Assembly: GCA_964019425.1 (NCBI GenBank)
Contig: OZ025799.1
Coordinates: forward strand, 868,001 to 932,000
Origin: Flectonema sp. DT1601
Lineage: Eukaryota
DNA: 64,000 bases
Direction: 5' to 3'
The notes under the pieces were generated by a model. That model did no database searches and was not told the DNA's origin. It was given only the letters and a program-made list of their open reading frames with translations. Shown one piece after another: positions 1 through 15,000 of the stretch. The position numbers and the translations under genes are program-made. Position 1 is the stretch's first letter. Each line of letters opens with the position of its first letter.

Positions 1-3000
1 TGAAAAATCAAACGTAGCACTTTGCAATGCCTCAGTGGCATTCATCTGTTTCTCTGTAAGGATCCTATCATCAGCAGCTGTATAACTCATTCCTAATGTG
101 TATTTTCCAGCTCCAGGATATTGAATGTAAATATCGTTAAATGTCACTTCTCCGTTTTCGATGGGTTGGCTGAGAGTGCCTTGAAGTCCATCGTACTTTG
201 ATCCGAGTGGACTGTTTGTCCATTTTATTATATTCAAAGTAACATTACCTCCTCTCACTAAGTCATCTCTGATTCCAATTGGACTGCCTGCTTCATCATA
301 AAACTTAACGGTGATGTCATTTAGAGTAGTTATAACATCGGATACTTCTGAGTATAAGTCTGTTGATGATTGAGGAATCCAGTCAGGACATGTTCCAGTT
401 TTACAGGATTTTATGACGTGTCTCATTGACTTTGGTAATCCCAATATATAATAAACTACGTTAGATTGGCTAAACTTTTGTCCATCCATTGAAACTTCTA
501 CTGTCGTTTGTATTGGTTTTGGTACTACTGGTTGTTCACATTTCATTGAGCTACTGCTAAGCCAAGTTCCACGAGTAATGATCCCACCTATGGTACACTT
601 GACATATGCAGAGTTAAGAAACCCTGTACCATGAACAGTAATAATCTCAGATTGAATAAAGAATCCCCTATCCGGAACTACTCTGGTTACAATAGGAAGA
701 TCAATATGTCTGACCATGATTCCATTAGCAGTGAATCTGTTAGTACTACCAAATGATATTTCCAGAGGGACGTTGCGACAGCTGTCATAATTTGGTACCT
801 TTGGAGCAACACACATCACTGTCGTGTCATTCACTAAAGTAACCTGCCTGCTTCCACTAACAATGTGGGTGCCAAACTTACAATGTGGTTCAGAATTTGG
901 GAATCCCTTACCACGAACTAATACAATTGTTCCTCCAGTGCCGTCAACAACATTTGGATTTATAGATTCCAAATCGTAAAGGTTTAATAACAATACTTGA
1001 AGTCTTGGTAGTTTTAATACCACATATAAAACACGTGAATATTTGTGAACCGTTGCTGCAACAGCTACTTGATATGATGTGATTACATTCTCATAGTTTC
1101 CTTGATAAGTAGGAGGTTGTTGAGATAAATCTATTGATGAGATTTTTCTAATAGCTGACGGTGTTTGTGATCTCAATCCTAAATACAAATGCTCAAGTCT
1201 ATCAGTCGCAGCATCACTTCCAATAATCGGATCATTAATATCTGGTTGATCGAAAACCATGAATCCAATACCATTTTCCTTACCTAACCACTGCTCATCT
1301 TCGATTATTTTATATGCGAATTTACTCGTTTCCTTTACAGCTGTTATAAACACTCTTCCGCATACAACACCTCTCGAGTCTTCAGCTTTATTATGTGTTT
1401 GAATTGCTACATAAAGCCAGTTATCCCTAACTAACATTTGTGTTATCTTTTCACATGGAACTCGACCACAGAACCCAGGAGTAAAACTAAAAACTTCTCT
1501 GATAGTAAACTGAGCTGTGGGTGATGGGTTTAGAACGTGAGCTGTCGGTAGGAATATCTTCGTTAATCGCACACGATAATTAAGAGTACCAGCGACCATC
1601 ACATACGGGAATTGTTTATTCGCATCAATAAAAATCATTCGATGAATGGTATCAAATGTAAATAAAGGAATCGTAGTCGTGAATTCATGAGACACAAATC
1701 TCGTCCAATCCGTCATATTTACACAACTGGCTGTGACAGTTTCCGTACATGTTGCTGACAAGTGATTCGCCGTATCATAAATGGCAGGTATTTTGGTTAA
1801 ATAAAACTTAGCAAGCGTCTCATCAGTTGATAGGTATTCTTTAATAATTACATAGATAGCCTTGTGATAAGAGTCTACAACTATTTCTTCTAAACGTTGA
1901 ATCATGGTCGTATCATCACTTCCAGTGAAATCAGTGATCGCTCTTGAGCTAACGCTACCAACACCACTACTGGTACATTGAGTTGCAAGAGCTGTTTCTG
2001 CTTCAGTTCCTGTCATCTTAAAGGGAATAACAGCTGATTGTGATGCACCTGTTGTAGGTTTTCGTTTTTTTTTTTAAAACAACAACAGGAATAGAAATAT
2101 ATAAGTCGATAACATACCTCTGAGTCCAACATAAAACATAGAATCAAGTTGGACTGTTCCAACGATATCTGTTCCATAACCAAGTTTTGATGATAGAGAA
2201 CAAGTATCAACGTAAACCCAATCTGTGTTGGTACCACTGCATGGTTTCTTCCATTTAGATATATCAGTTCCGGCCATCGCATATAAGAAAGTTAAATCAG
2301 TTGCTCCACAAGTAGCCGATGCATTAACAAGAATAATATCACCTCGTACGTAGTCATACGACTTGGATGATCTATCAGTAGCGTCAACTATTAGATTCTT
2401 GAGAGTGCTGATCTTGTTCGCTGATGTTGTTATTACTTCAGAACACTTCTCTCCGCGATATCCTTCTTGACATGTATCACATTCATCACCTGTCCAGTAT
2501 CCACGAACAGTATCTGAATAACATGTACACTCTCCAGTTGAACATATTCCATGCATGCTGCATTGACAGTCTTCTTTGCATTCTGTTCCCATGTAGCCGT
2601 CTTTACAAACATTGCATGATGTTCCTCCCCAGTATCCTTTAACATAATCAGCATCACAAACACATGATCCAGAAGTACTACACACACCATGACTAGAACA
2701 TGTAGTGGTGGTACAAAATCTTGAACAGGTTTGTCCATAGTAGTTGTTATCACAATTACAGTAACCTGATGACAGACACGATCCTTTGTTACTACAGGTA
2801 GCAGATGTACAGAATTTAATACACTCTAAACCGTAATAGTTTGCGTCACATGAAGCACAGTCCAAGGTATTTATTACATCACTGACTGATGTTCTGAGAC
2901 GCTGAAAATGACCTTTTTGATCATCTTGATAACAATTACATAATCCTGTTTCTTTATCACATCCAGAAGAGCCTTTTACAGTGCAATTGCAGTAGTGTTG

Positions 3001-6000
3001 GCAATGTGCTCCCCAATAACCTTCTAGACATTCATTGCAAACATCACCTATAACTGGATGTTCACATACACATAAGGAATTACAAGACGTTGTTGAATTA
3101 CAATAGACACCAAACTGAGGGTTACAAACTCCCTGTTGACCACATGTCGTGGAATTGCAATGTGATTCGCAGTATGTTCCGTAGTAGTTTTCTGAACAGA
3201 TGCAATAGCCTGATGTGTCGCATGAGCCGTGAGTGCCGCATTCATCTACATTACCATCTCTACAACTACTGAAGACTTTACAATCGGATCCTTTATATCT
3301 AACTTGGCATTCATTACAAAGAGATCCACTCCAGTGACCATCGTTGTCGTTGTTTCTGCAAATTCCTAATTCTTCATTTCTACCGACTTCTCTGAAACCC
3401 TGTGCCACATACTGGATTGACATATTAAAAAAAGATCCCGGATCAAGACACGTGACACGAGCTACTAAATAATCAGCTCCAAGTGGAACAATCCCCTGAC
3501 ACATATCATTCGTGTGAGGATATCTCTCAGGATTGTAACACGACGGTGATGAAAGTCTTAAAAATAAATCCTCCATCGTAGATTTAGTTTCAGGAATCCT
3601 TTCTATTTGGTTATCATTTGTACCTTTAAAGCTGCTCGTTAGAATGCTTCGTTTCTTTTTACAGATCGAAGAGGCTTTTGAAATGCGACCTAAATCAGAA
3701 TTTGTTTTTGGTGCTTTTTCCGAGTGCTCATCAAGGCTGAAAATGTCACTGCAAAAAGCAGGAAAAACTCGTAAACCTAAATAGTCGTTGTCGGGATCCT
3801 TAGCAAGAACACTGCAGCCTGCAACAGGTGTTGTTGTTGATGGGTCCCAATAAGAATTCGTGAAAGGCTGTCCAACAATTAGTTCAGCATGCCCTGATTC
3901 TCCGTATGTCAAGTCAGTGTAATCACACTCAACACAAAGGTCAGGATCACAAAAAGGATCACCAGCACAGTTGCAATGTTTTTTAGTTGACTTACAGTGG
4001 TACTTCGCTGTAGTAGCGCATTCAGATTTTGGTATTGGTTGTTTTCCTTTATACCGTAACCAACCTTTGCTTGATGGAGAATAATCACAAGCCATATCTC
4101 TACATGAAGGTGCCCCTCTTGGTGGTCTGTGTAACGACTCTGGCGTGCATAAATTACAGTCAATTGGACAGTTTTGATTAGCACACCATGGTGGCCAACT
4201 CTCGTTAAACTTACTGGTTACTCTTTCAATACAATCAACATGAGGAACACTTGTTTTTAGTAATAATGTATCCTTGTACACAGTTCTCATTATAGTTGAA
4301 GTTGTAGGACTGTTGTATTTTGATTTATATTGTGGCTCACAGATACCTGTAAAACTTGTTAATGGATATTCCAAAGGCTGATCTCTCGATTGTCTGTCGA
4401 AGAGATCTTCGTAACTGTGGCCGTTGAAGTTTACTGGTTTGTGAAAAACGTTCCAAAAACAAGATTCTGAATGACTGACTCCATCAACAGTAGTCGTACT
4501 GCCCTTAGAATTACACTGTTCTTCAGTCCAATCTCCATGACATGTTGATGTGGATACATAAGAACATGATGACTCATCACTTTCAGTAATCCAACTGCAG
4601 TGAGATTGTAGAGCACATGTTTCTTCTGTTGTTAATGAAGTGCAGTCTGTTTGTAATTCTTGTCGTAAGTCTATCCAAATCTTATCAGCATGAGGACACT
4701 CTTCAGATGAGGTGAGTAGCCGATCACTTTTTGTAAAAAGTGAATACACAAAATATAATTCTTCTTCAGTGCCATCAAGACTTAGCAATGTTCCACCCTC
4801 AGAATTACAATCAGTGTTGGCATCGGTGATGTCTGAACAAGATCCGAATACCTTGTAACAATATTCATTATAATACATCCATCCTTCACCACATGATGAT
4901 GCGAGTGATGTTGCGATATCACAGTCACCACCACCTTGAAGTGAAGCTTTGTAAGGACTTAATTCTGATACTTCTATTCCGTAGTATAACGATCCGCCAA
5001 TTGGTTGGATTGTGAATCTACCAGTTGGTGGAACTGTGTACACATTTCGGTATTTTGAAATAAAAACACCGCAATCATCACCTGAATATCCTCTTATGCA
5101 GGAACCACATTCATCATCGGGACTCCAAAATCCCATTAAGCCTGTTTGAACGCAGTCGCATTCTGTGGGATATTCTCCACAGAATCCGTGACCGTTACAG
5201 CAGCTTGTGAATGCTTTTGGTGTTATCTTTACTCCTAAGGAAGAATCTCCAGCAGAAATAAATATCATAAAGAAGTTTGTTTCTCCTCGAGGAATAGTTG
5301 TTCTGCAAGTACTCTTTCTCGACGTTGGTATCCAAGACTCAGATGTTGTACAATCAAGAACAACATCATTCTGAGCTGCAATCCAATAACTCCAAACAAG
5401 AGTGTTTCTCGCAGTCGCAGCTGATCGAAACGATGGAAGGATGCGAAGCTCTACAGTTCGTAGCTGACTGAGCGTCTTATTCTCATCTAAGATTTCAATC
5501 TCAAACTCAACAACACTATACGACAATACAGAGTAAGGTCCAACACTTCCCTCTCCATATGAGAATAAATCAAAAACATAAGTATTTAACGTTGCTTCTG
5601 CTTCAGTAGTGCAATCTTGACCAAACCATCCATATTCAGGTAGGCATTGGTCGCATAATATTCCAGTGAAACCGTATAATTGAACACCTTGTGTGTCTGC
5701 AGGACAGCTACAGGAACCTTCCTCTCTGTCTAATGAGCCCCACAACTTTGATGGAAGATTATCTAACTCGCATGTTAGTTCACATGAAGTCCCGAACCAG
5801 TCACCCCAACAGATGTCACATTGTGTTCCATTCCACATTCCCATTGTTGCGTCAAGGTCACATTTGCATTCACCGAAACGTGTTTGAGGTCGAACTGGTT
5901 TGCATATGTCGTCCTTTTCCTTTCTACATCTTCCTTCTAAATCGTACTTTCCAATGTTGCAATTGTAGCCGTCTCTGCAGGTGCATATGTTTGAAGAATC

Positions 6001-9000
6001 TGGGAAGGAATTGGCTCCACATCCTCCGTCCGATATGAGACCTTGGCAACCACTAACTTTACCAGCACCTCTTTCACAAATATTGTAAGTCGGATCGCAG
6101 TAGTATCCAGGAATACATCTGCAGTGATCTTGAAATGGTTCGCTGTCTGCTGTGCATGTGCATTCTCCATTACAAGTTTTATCACAACCAGTAACAGAAA
6201 TATCAAGGTTTGGATTAGAACACTTTCCTTTACCAGAGCAACTCCATCCATTTGATGTAACACATTTACATTCTAATGTTTTGGGTTCTGGTCGTATAAT
6301 ATAACTTGGACCACTACAAGAAGAGTAGCATAGTCCTGATGAGCTTGAGCATGAGAAACCCCATTCACAAAAGCATTGCCAGACACCTCCGAGGTATATA
6401 ATCTTAGAGTGGGGATCAGTGCATTTTCCTCCTGCGAGGACGTTGTGGATACTGAAATAGCTGTTGATGTCGAATGGTATGAGTTTATCAGATGAAAGCA
6501 TTCCATTACACCATCCATTACCACCTGCATCTTCACACTTACCAAACTTGCAGTCATATCCTTTATCACAAGAACATGTTGTGTGGTTTCTAGTTGCGAA
6601 TTCCGTACAAACTAAATCAGAACGCGCATCTTTTTTACAAGATCCGTCACCTGAAGGTGGATGACATTTACCATCATCACGTGTTCCTTCTCTTCCGCAA
6701 TAGTTTCCATCTGGACATTTGCACAACTGATTGTTTACTACACCTGCTATACATGTTCCATCAGGTTTAGGTCTTTGATCACAATAACCAGTGTTCTCTG
6801 TTTCTGATACGCAGTAACCAAATTTTTGACTTGCTGCTGTTTTGTCGCATACCGATCCAGCAATGCACTTACACTTCTTTAAGGCATCTGTTGTGATGTA
6901 TGTGTTATTTGAAACACAGTGAACACCACATACAGGTGGATGATCACAATAACCAATAAGTAACTTCTTATTTGTGGGTGCTATCATACAGCTTATTGTT
7001 GGTTCTGGTGGACGTGGGATAGGATCAGCAATGCATGTTCCGTAATTACAACTAAACGATGGAAGGCATCGACAAAGAACTCCATTTATCCATCCGTTGG
7101 GACAACTGCAGAGTGGATTAGCATAAGCATTACACTTATTAATACATCCACCAGTACATCTACCTGTTGAGTAGTCACAATCAGTAATACCAGAATTACA
7201 CGTGCATGTCATTGAATTAATATCAACATATGTACGTGGATCAATACACGGTGTATCACCTGATTTTGGTAGAGTTCCACACTTTCCTTCTCCAGGAGGG
7301 GAATGGATACAATAACCGTTTGTTAAACAAGAATTGCTACCACCAATACAATTACATATGCCACCAGATATGAATGTGTTACTATCTAAACATCCTCCTA
7401 GAGAGTCAATAGAACTTCCACACATTCCTTCTAATCTCTCAGGTGATGTTGTTCCTGTTGTTGGATTTGACCAACCAGGTGTTGGTGTATAAGGATAGAA
7501 TAATTGACCTGGATCTTGAACAGGTGATCCAGTGATAGATCCATGATTAGGTAATGTTGTCATCATATACTGTGGTGTAGGTGTATAAGGCCATAAAGAC
7601 GATCCTCCTGGTTGAGTAACTGAACCAGTTCCTTGAGGTGAACTAGTAAATGGCCAGAAACTAGACATTTCATTTGGTGTTGCAGTATGAGGCCATATAT
7701 CAATACCTGGGTCATGAGTAAACGAACCCCCATCATTACCTGGTGTTGGTGTAAAAGGCCAGAAGCTAATTCCTGGATCTTCCGGCATTGAGGGACCTTC
7801 AGTAAGTGGAAAGAAACTCCCTCCAGTATCAGGACCAGATGTATACGGCCAGAAACTCCCACCACCCTGGTCTGGTGCACCCGTAAACGGCCAGGAACTC
7901 ATTCCACCACCCTGACTTGGCGCACCCGTGAACGGCCAGAAACCCCCGCCACCCTGGTCTGGAGCACCCCCACCACCGTCTGGTGCACCCGTAAACGGCC
8001 AGGAACTCATTCCACCACCCTGACTTGGCGCACCCGTGAACGGCCAGAAACCCCCACCACCCTGGTCTGGAGCATCTGTGAACGGCCAGGAACTCATTCC
8101 ACCGCCCTGACTTGGCGCACCCGTGTGCGGCCAGAAGCTCCCACCACCCTGGTCTGGAGCACCCCCACCACCGTCTGGCGCACCCGTAAACGGCCAGGAA
8201 CTCATTCCACCACCCTGACCTGGAGCTCCTGTGTACGGCCAGGAACTCATTCCGCCACCCTGACTTGGCGCGCCAGTGTGCGGCCAGACACTCATCCCAC
8301 CACCCTGACTCGGTGTACCAGTATGCGGCCAGATATCCATTCCAGGATCATGTGGTCCTTCAGTATGCGGCCACATTGGATCACCTGGACTACCTGTATG
8401 AGGCCACATGCTGCTACCAAATTGCGGTGTTGCTGTAAAAGGCCATTCATTCATATCTGGGTGCATCATAGGTATCTCAGTAAAAGGCCAGACACTTGAG
8501 GCACCACCCCCAGGCTCTCCCCCAGTACCCATATTAGGATCTGGTCCAGTACCACCTCCACTACCACCAGTCCCGTTTGATGAATTAGGACCACCACCAC
8601 CACCACCACCAGATGGAGAAGTGAACGCAGGAGACGGAGTGTACGGCCAATATTTCAATTCAGCATCATAAGGTGGTGCTTCAGTATAGATCATTGGATC
8701 AGCTGGTTTTGTATGAGGCCATAAATGTGATCCATCAAAAGACGGTGATGGAGTGAATGGCCACAAAGATGACGAATCACTCGGAGTGTCAACCCCTCGA
8801 TTTATAAAGTCTGGAGATGCCGTCACATCGTAACCAACATCAACGATATCAATAATTACACTGTCTGGATTGAAATATGTTTCTGAATTATAATTTCCAT
8901 TAAACCTCTCGGGGTTTATCTTCTCATCACATCCAGTCTTCGTTATCGCAGGTGGTGGCGGTAACACTGTCTTTGACGTATCTGGAGCATAACACTCTCC

Positions 9001-12000
9001 TAGCAAAGTCACGTTGGATAATCTAGGACTGTACTTTATTCTAACATTTCTATTCATAACGTGATTTATAAATAAATCTCTTTCAGAAGGTAATTTTGAT
9101 ATTACTTCTGGTACAGTAATATCTAAAGAAAGAAGCCAAGACAGTCGAGTACTGAGAACCTTTTCTGGATTGAAACCAGTTTCTACAAGCACATCACAAA
9201 CACCTCCACCGTAGTATAGAAGTCCGAGAGAATCATCAATGTTTGCTTGAAGCATTAAACAAATATCCAAGGGATCTCTTCGAGATATCATAGTAATCTC
9301 AGGTGGTATATATGCAGTTAGGGATTCATAATCCCCAGATTTCCCATATGTATCAAAACATGTTCCCCTTCCAACAAGTTGTCCAATATGAGCACAGAAA
9401 CATGGAATTTCTGCTGTGCATTTCGGTGAGTACAGAGAGCCTAATGACTTTGGGTTGTAGTATAAGTGACTTGTTCTCTTTAGTCGAATGCAGCCGTAAG
9501 CTGCGACGGCTTTTAGCCAGTTGGGAGCTTCGCCTCGATATTCAAAATGTTTAACCTGTCCCCAAGCGAAACACTCGGCCTCTGTCAATGGTCTTTTCAT
9601 TATCGCATAGCAATCCCTGGTGTCGGTTGTTGTTGGAGGGGATTCGGGAACTCGTTGCCAGGAAGAGCCTTGTGCTTGAATGACACCATCGCCAATCCAA
9701 CGATTTGAATGAATATCAAAGTACTCTAACATCAGAGTTGAGGACTGTTCTTGTTCTCTGTAACTCTGTCCGATACGAATACACTTTACGGTGACGTTGT
9801 TATCGAATTGATATCCAATGAAATCCCTACCCGGGAGAGATGTTGTGTTTGGACTCCACTTTCCGTCACCACACTTATACCCGCGATCACCGTCAAGATA
9901 ATTTTGATCAGAAAGTGATTCTGAAGGGAAACTAGAACAATTCCCACCCCATCTAGAAACTAACAGAGATCCATAACCACCTGTCATACAACAACCACAA
10001 CTTGTGGATACGAGAAGTGTGTGATTATTGACGACTGATATCCCAAAGCTCGCGAGTGTCTTGTCGCAGAGTCCAGCCCGTTTTAAATTTTCACAATTCG
10101 ATAATTGAAATGTAAATTGAGATTGAAAATAACTAACAATAGATTCCTTAGCATAAGGCCAACTGTTGACCGAAGTATTTTGACAAGCAGAGTCTGTTGG
10201 CGGGACGGACACACCATGACCAGATAAGAAACCGTTAGTGAGATCGACTGTGCAGGATTCGTCTGCAAACATTCGGAGTTCGTGGACTACCCAAGCGGGT
10301 GAAATAGTTTCAGTATTTCTAACTCTCCATCTGCTACTTATTGGTATTCGTGTACCTCTTTGACAGATACATTTATGAAGTTCAGAACAGCCTTCTTGTT
10401 TAGTACTGTGGCTGTAGGTCCATCTCAGACGTCCACCACCAAAAGTGAAGCTGCACCCATTCGGAATTGGACGTACACTTGTAAATGAGTTCTTCATCAT
10501 GTTTAAGAAGGTTGCGAAATATCCACACTGGTCAGTAGTTCGTATTGTGTGTAGTTGAGGATATTCTTCACAGTAGCCGCTGTCAATAACTTGAAAGACT
10601 GGTCGGTGGATCGAATATGACTGTGCTTGTCCTTCACGACATCCACATGTTCGTTGGCAGTAGTCGTTTAGTTGTTTTCCGTCAAGGTTTGAAAACCATG
10701 GGGCTCCTGAGGCAGTTACAGTATCTGAGCAAGTAACCCCTTCGCAACTACCAATGCCAGTAGAGTGGTATAATATTCCAAGTGGATCGTCAATGCATCG
10801 GCTATCAGGAAATTGAGGTATGGTTAGGTACTTACGTTGGTCAGTCATGTCCCCATACCTTTCGTTGTTGACACAGTTGTGTAGAATACATATTCCATAA
10901 AAGGTTCTTATAATTGAAAACGTATCACAATCAACCCTCTCTGCACACAATCGGAAACACTCATCCTCATCGTAGTTCATAATAGAACTGGATAGTATCT
11001 CACAGCTGGCTACTTTATTAGTACCAGTTGACCAGGCGAATCCTCTACGCAGATATTCGGTACTTCTACAGAGCAGTCTTGTTGCTGTATTTGGTGTGTT
11101 AATACCGTAAGTCAAACCGTCTTCTGTAATGAAACAACTGTTCAAAGCATCATGGCTTATCGAGGTGTTGAAAGTAAGTCCTTTTTCCATTGAAAGTTGT
11201 AAACATTCTCGGTAAGATAAGTCTGGTTGTTGCATTGCATTACAGCCAGAATCAGCAAAAAAAGAATCGAAAATTTTAAATTTTGGAAGAAGCGGTTTTG
11301 ATAATATTTTATAATTTCCCAAAGTGAGATTACCGTGGTGTAATCCTGTTAAGGTTGATGGGTTTACGTTCCACTGAACTATTCCACGTGGAGACAGAAT
11401 ACAACCCGTAGGCTGGCTTGCATTGCTCAGCTGTGTACTGATCCAGTAGAAGCCAAGAGCTCTGGTAGTTAGTTCACACTCAACGTCACTTTGAATCCTC
11501 TCAAATTTATCAAAAAAACCGACAGTCTCATCCAGTTGATCTTCACTACTAATTTCTACTAATCTCTGCCTCAGTGAAATATCAAATGGTATCTTTTCTG
11601 ACGGGATACACTTATACACAAACTTAGTCTTTGATGATCCATCAGTGTTTCTTACGATGTCTATAGAGGTTCTTCCAATAAATTTATCTTTATATTTCAT
11701 TTCTGAACTAGAGATATCATTACATAAAACTGCTTGTGGAAGTACTGACGATGAATCAGTTACAGTGATTGTATCACTTCCGCATATGATATTAGTTATA
11801 TCAAGCCATTCTATGTGGACTTGACCTTCTCTACAATTGATTATATGACATTCTCGATATGATGCTGATCTTGTTATCGTCACGAATTTTTCACTGCTGT
11901 GCTGCGTTGTTTGTACAGTTTCCGGACATGTTGGAATCAGATCAGGGATGCACCACCAGTCAAAGGTAAATGTTACTTTTGGTCTTATTCTTAAGAACAC

Positions 12001-15000
12001 CATTCCAGTATGAGATGCTTGCATAACAGCAGTCGATAATTTTCCGCATGCGGCGGAGAATTGTTGTCCTCCGATATCCCAATTTTGGATATCATCATTT
12101 GAATTGATGGCGGCGACACCACCACAACCGCAGTGATCACCACATCGGGTGGAGTTGTTCATTTCAATAATATGAATCCGAACGAATCCTTTCTTACAAT
12201 CTAATGGAATACAATAGTCTGATGGTGGTGGTGGTGGAGGTGGTTGTGGAGGACCTCCAGTCATACCTGAGTACTGAGGTTTCACAACTTCTCTCTTCGG
12301 TTTTACAAACGTTATTCGATTCGGTGAAATCAAACTACCAACAGGAGGTTGAAATTGTTTATAAGAATTTAATGGAGTACACCACTCAGGTGATGAATAA
12401 CAGTTTATCTCAATATTGAAATTAGGAAACGGCGGTACAAACTCCACTACAATATCCGCATCATAACCTAAACTAACTTCTGACCATTCCTGAAGGGTCT
12501 CCCAATCTGGTGACATTTCACATAAAGGTTTTATACCATCGGAGGTGTGTATTCTTATATGTCCACATTGATTACAATTTGATGTTGTCGTACAATTATT
12601 TATTGAGTACTGATTCCATGTTAAATAAAGTTCTCCAGGACAAATAACTCTCGTACAGACCGGCATTGTCTCTGGTACAGATGAAAGAAAGTTTTCCTTA
12701 GTGAAGACACTACTAGGATTTACTAAGTATGGATGATCACTACATGTTTCTGGATCAATTGATGACGAGTTGTGTAATCTGATCATGCTCTTAGTCACAG
12801 ATATATCTGCAAGGTGTGGGAAAGTAGTTCCCACTCGAAAACAGTTTCTAGCAGTCCATTTGATTTGTTCCCCAATTTCTGGTGGTGCTTCTACCACAGC
12901 CTTAAATGAATCTTCAGCTGAGCTAATCGTTATTTCACCTAAACTACTATCTTCATACATACTTGAATCGTATCTCCATCTAGTCACACCAAACTGATCC
13001 AGACACGTCACGAGAATGTCTTGAACAGTATGTAATGGATTTGATAAAGCTGAACTAAATTGGACACTGATTTCTAAATAAGATGGCCATGTAAGAACGC
13101 ATGGATTACCTTCAGTTGATTCTAACTGTGTGCCAGTATCAGATTGAACACATTGAGCTGGAAAGCTCATGACATGTTGATTGTATCCGTAGGAACAACT
13201 TAACTGACATTGTTGATTGAGACTTAGTACCTGACCAAGACAGTCGATGTTGTTTACTGATCTTTCAAGTGTATTTATTGAACAAGTTGGAGGAGGTTGG
13301 GTTTCATCACTCGGAGTAGACTCTTCATCTTGTGGTGAAGTTTGAAGAAGTGATCTTTTTACTAATCCAGAGATGAATTCATCATCATCCATTTTTTTTA
13401 TTTGTGATACTTGAATACCATTTTCATATTCACAATCACCATGCAATGATACAATCTGATACCAATGATCTTGATTCGCTACAATCACCAACGATTGAAA
13501 CGGTATCACACTAAGCCTGAATGTCTTACCAGATTTCGACCATTGAATCCAGACAAGTGTTTTTTGATCTGTTATACAAAGACCTGTCTTACAAGGTTTT
13601 ATATATTCTGATTTACTATTGTCATTGTTGTCACATAGTTGAATGAGTATTCGATTAACTCCAACAGCATGAATTGATATAGAGATTGGTTTGTTGTTAT
13701 TTATTATAATCTTTTTATCAGAAGTAGCCACTTCAATAGAAACGCACGACGACATCAAACTCTCGGAATCTAACAAGCTGCGACGATCTACGACCAAACC
13801 CGAACACCTTGACGAAAATTTTCCTAAAAACCCGCATTCTCCAGGTGACGAAATATCCATTGTAGTATACTTCCCGCTCCTATCAATCACTGGTATGGAA
13901 TCACTATTTTGCACGGATATCAGTTCCCATTTAACATGCTTATTTCTATAAGGCCAGAGTGTACCTACACCATGATCTAGGATGAACTCGTTTATGTCAA
14001 GTACGACTTCGTCTTTGAAAAATTTCTTTTCACTCGGAACAGTGATATTGCTCTTTAAATATCCGTTAATCCCTTTCGGTTTCGCCATTAACGATAAGAA
14101 GATACTTGGATTGTATGGGGTTCCCAAAGAGGGTTGAAAAATATTTACAGAAAAGCCATAAGTAGCAGTGAACATTCTAAAAACATCCCTGAGAGAATTC
14201 GCTAGACCATCCCTTTTATGATCTCGTATAATCACGATTGTTAAATCTATCAATTGAGTTCGACTTGATAACATTTTAATTACATCTGAACTGGGAACAC
14301 CAACACTTAAAATGATCCACATCATTCTATCACGAACTGCTGTTGGTGGATTATTCGGTGATGAGATCCCATTTAATAAAGAAGACAAAGCACATAAATG
14401 ACGTAATTCAACGTCATCTGTGTTGTTACCAAACACCTCAGTTGATAATAAAAGTTTTTTAGACTCCCAAGCATGACGTGTTTTGGTTGCATGTAGGGGT
14501 ATTAGTTTTGATCTGCTCCATTCTAAAACAGCACTGTGAGAAGGTGATTTTTTCATTGTAAAAACAACATCAGAAAATCCATTTCGAAGGACATTACGTT
14601 GTCGGTATTGACTTGACAGTTCTCCTTGAGATCCGCTCATCCCTTCAACCCAACATGCTTCTTTTCCAAGACTACCCTTTTTAATATATCGATTGTACGA
14701 TAATGTGAAACTACAATCATCCAAGTCTCCTTCGCTAGTTGCAAATAAATTTTTATTTTGCGAATCAAAACATCCAAATTGCCCCTCCGACAGTAGCAGT
14801 TGGAATGTCTTTCCTAACCTGACAATCTTCCAGATGATTGGTTTGAAATTGTTTGCCTTATTTGATGCAGTGTAATGCTCAGAAACTAATACGACGTATT
14901 CGTATACAGGATGCTCAGTATCAGTGATTGGATGGATTACTGGAGGAAGGTTATAAACATCTGCCGCGTCTGATTGAATCGGAAAAATAATTCCAGATTT

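Noticed and set aside
7840..8330. Regularly spaced repeats as a CRISPR array
   Set aside because: In-frame coding repeats in a eukaryotic gene, with no unique spacers or cas genes.
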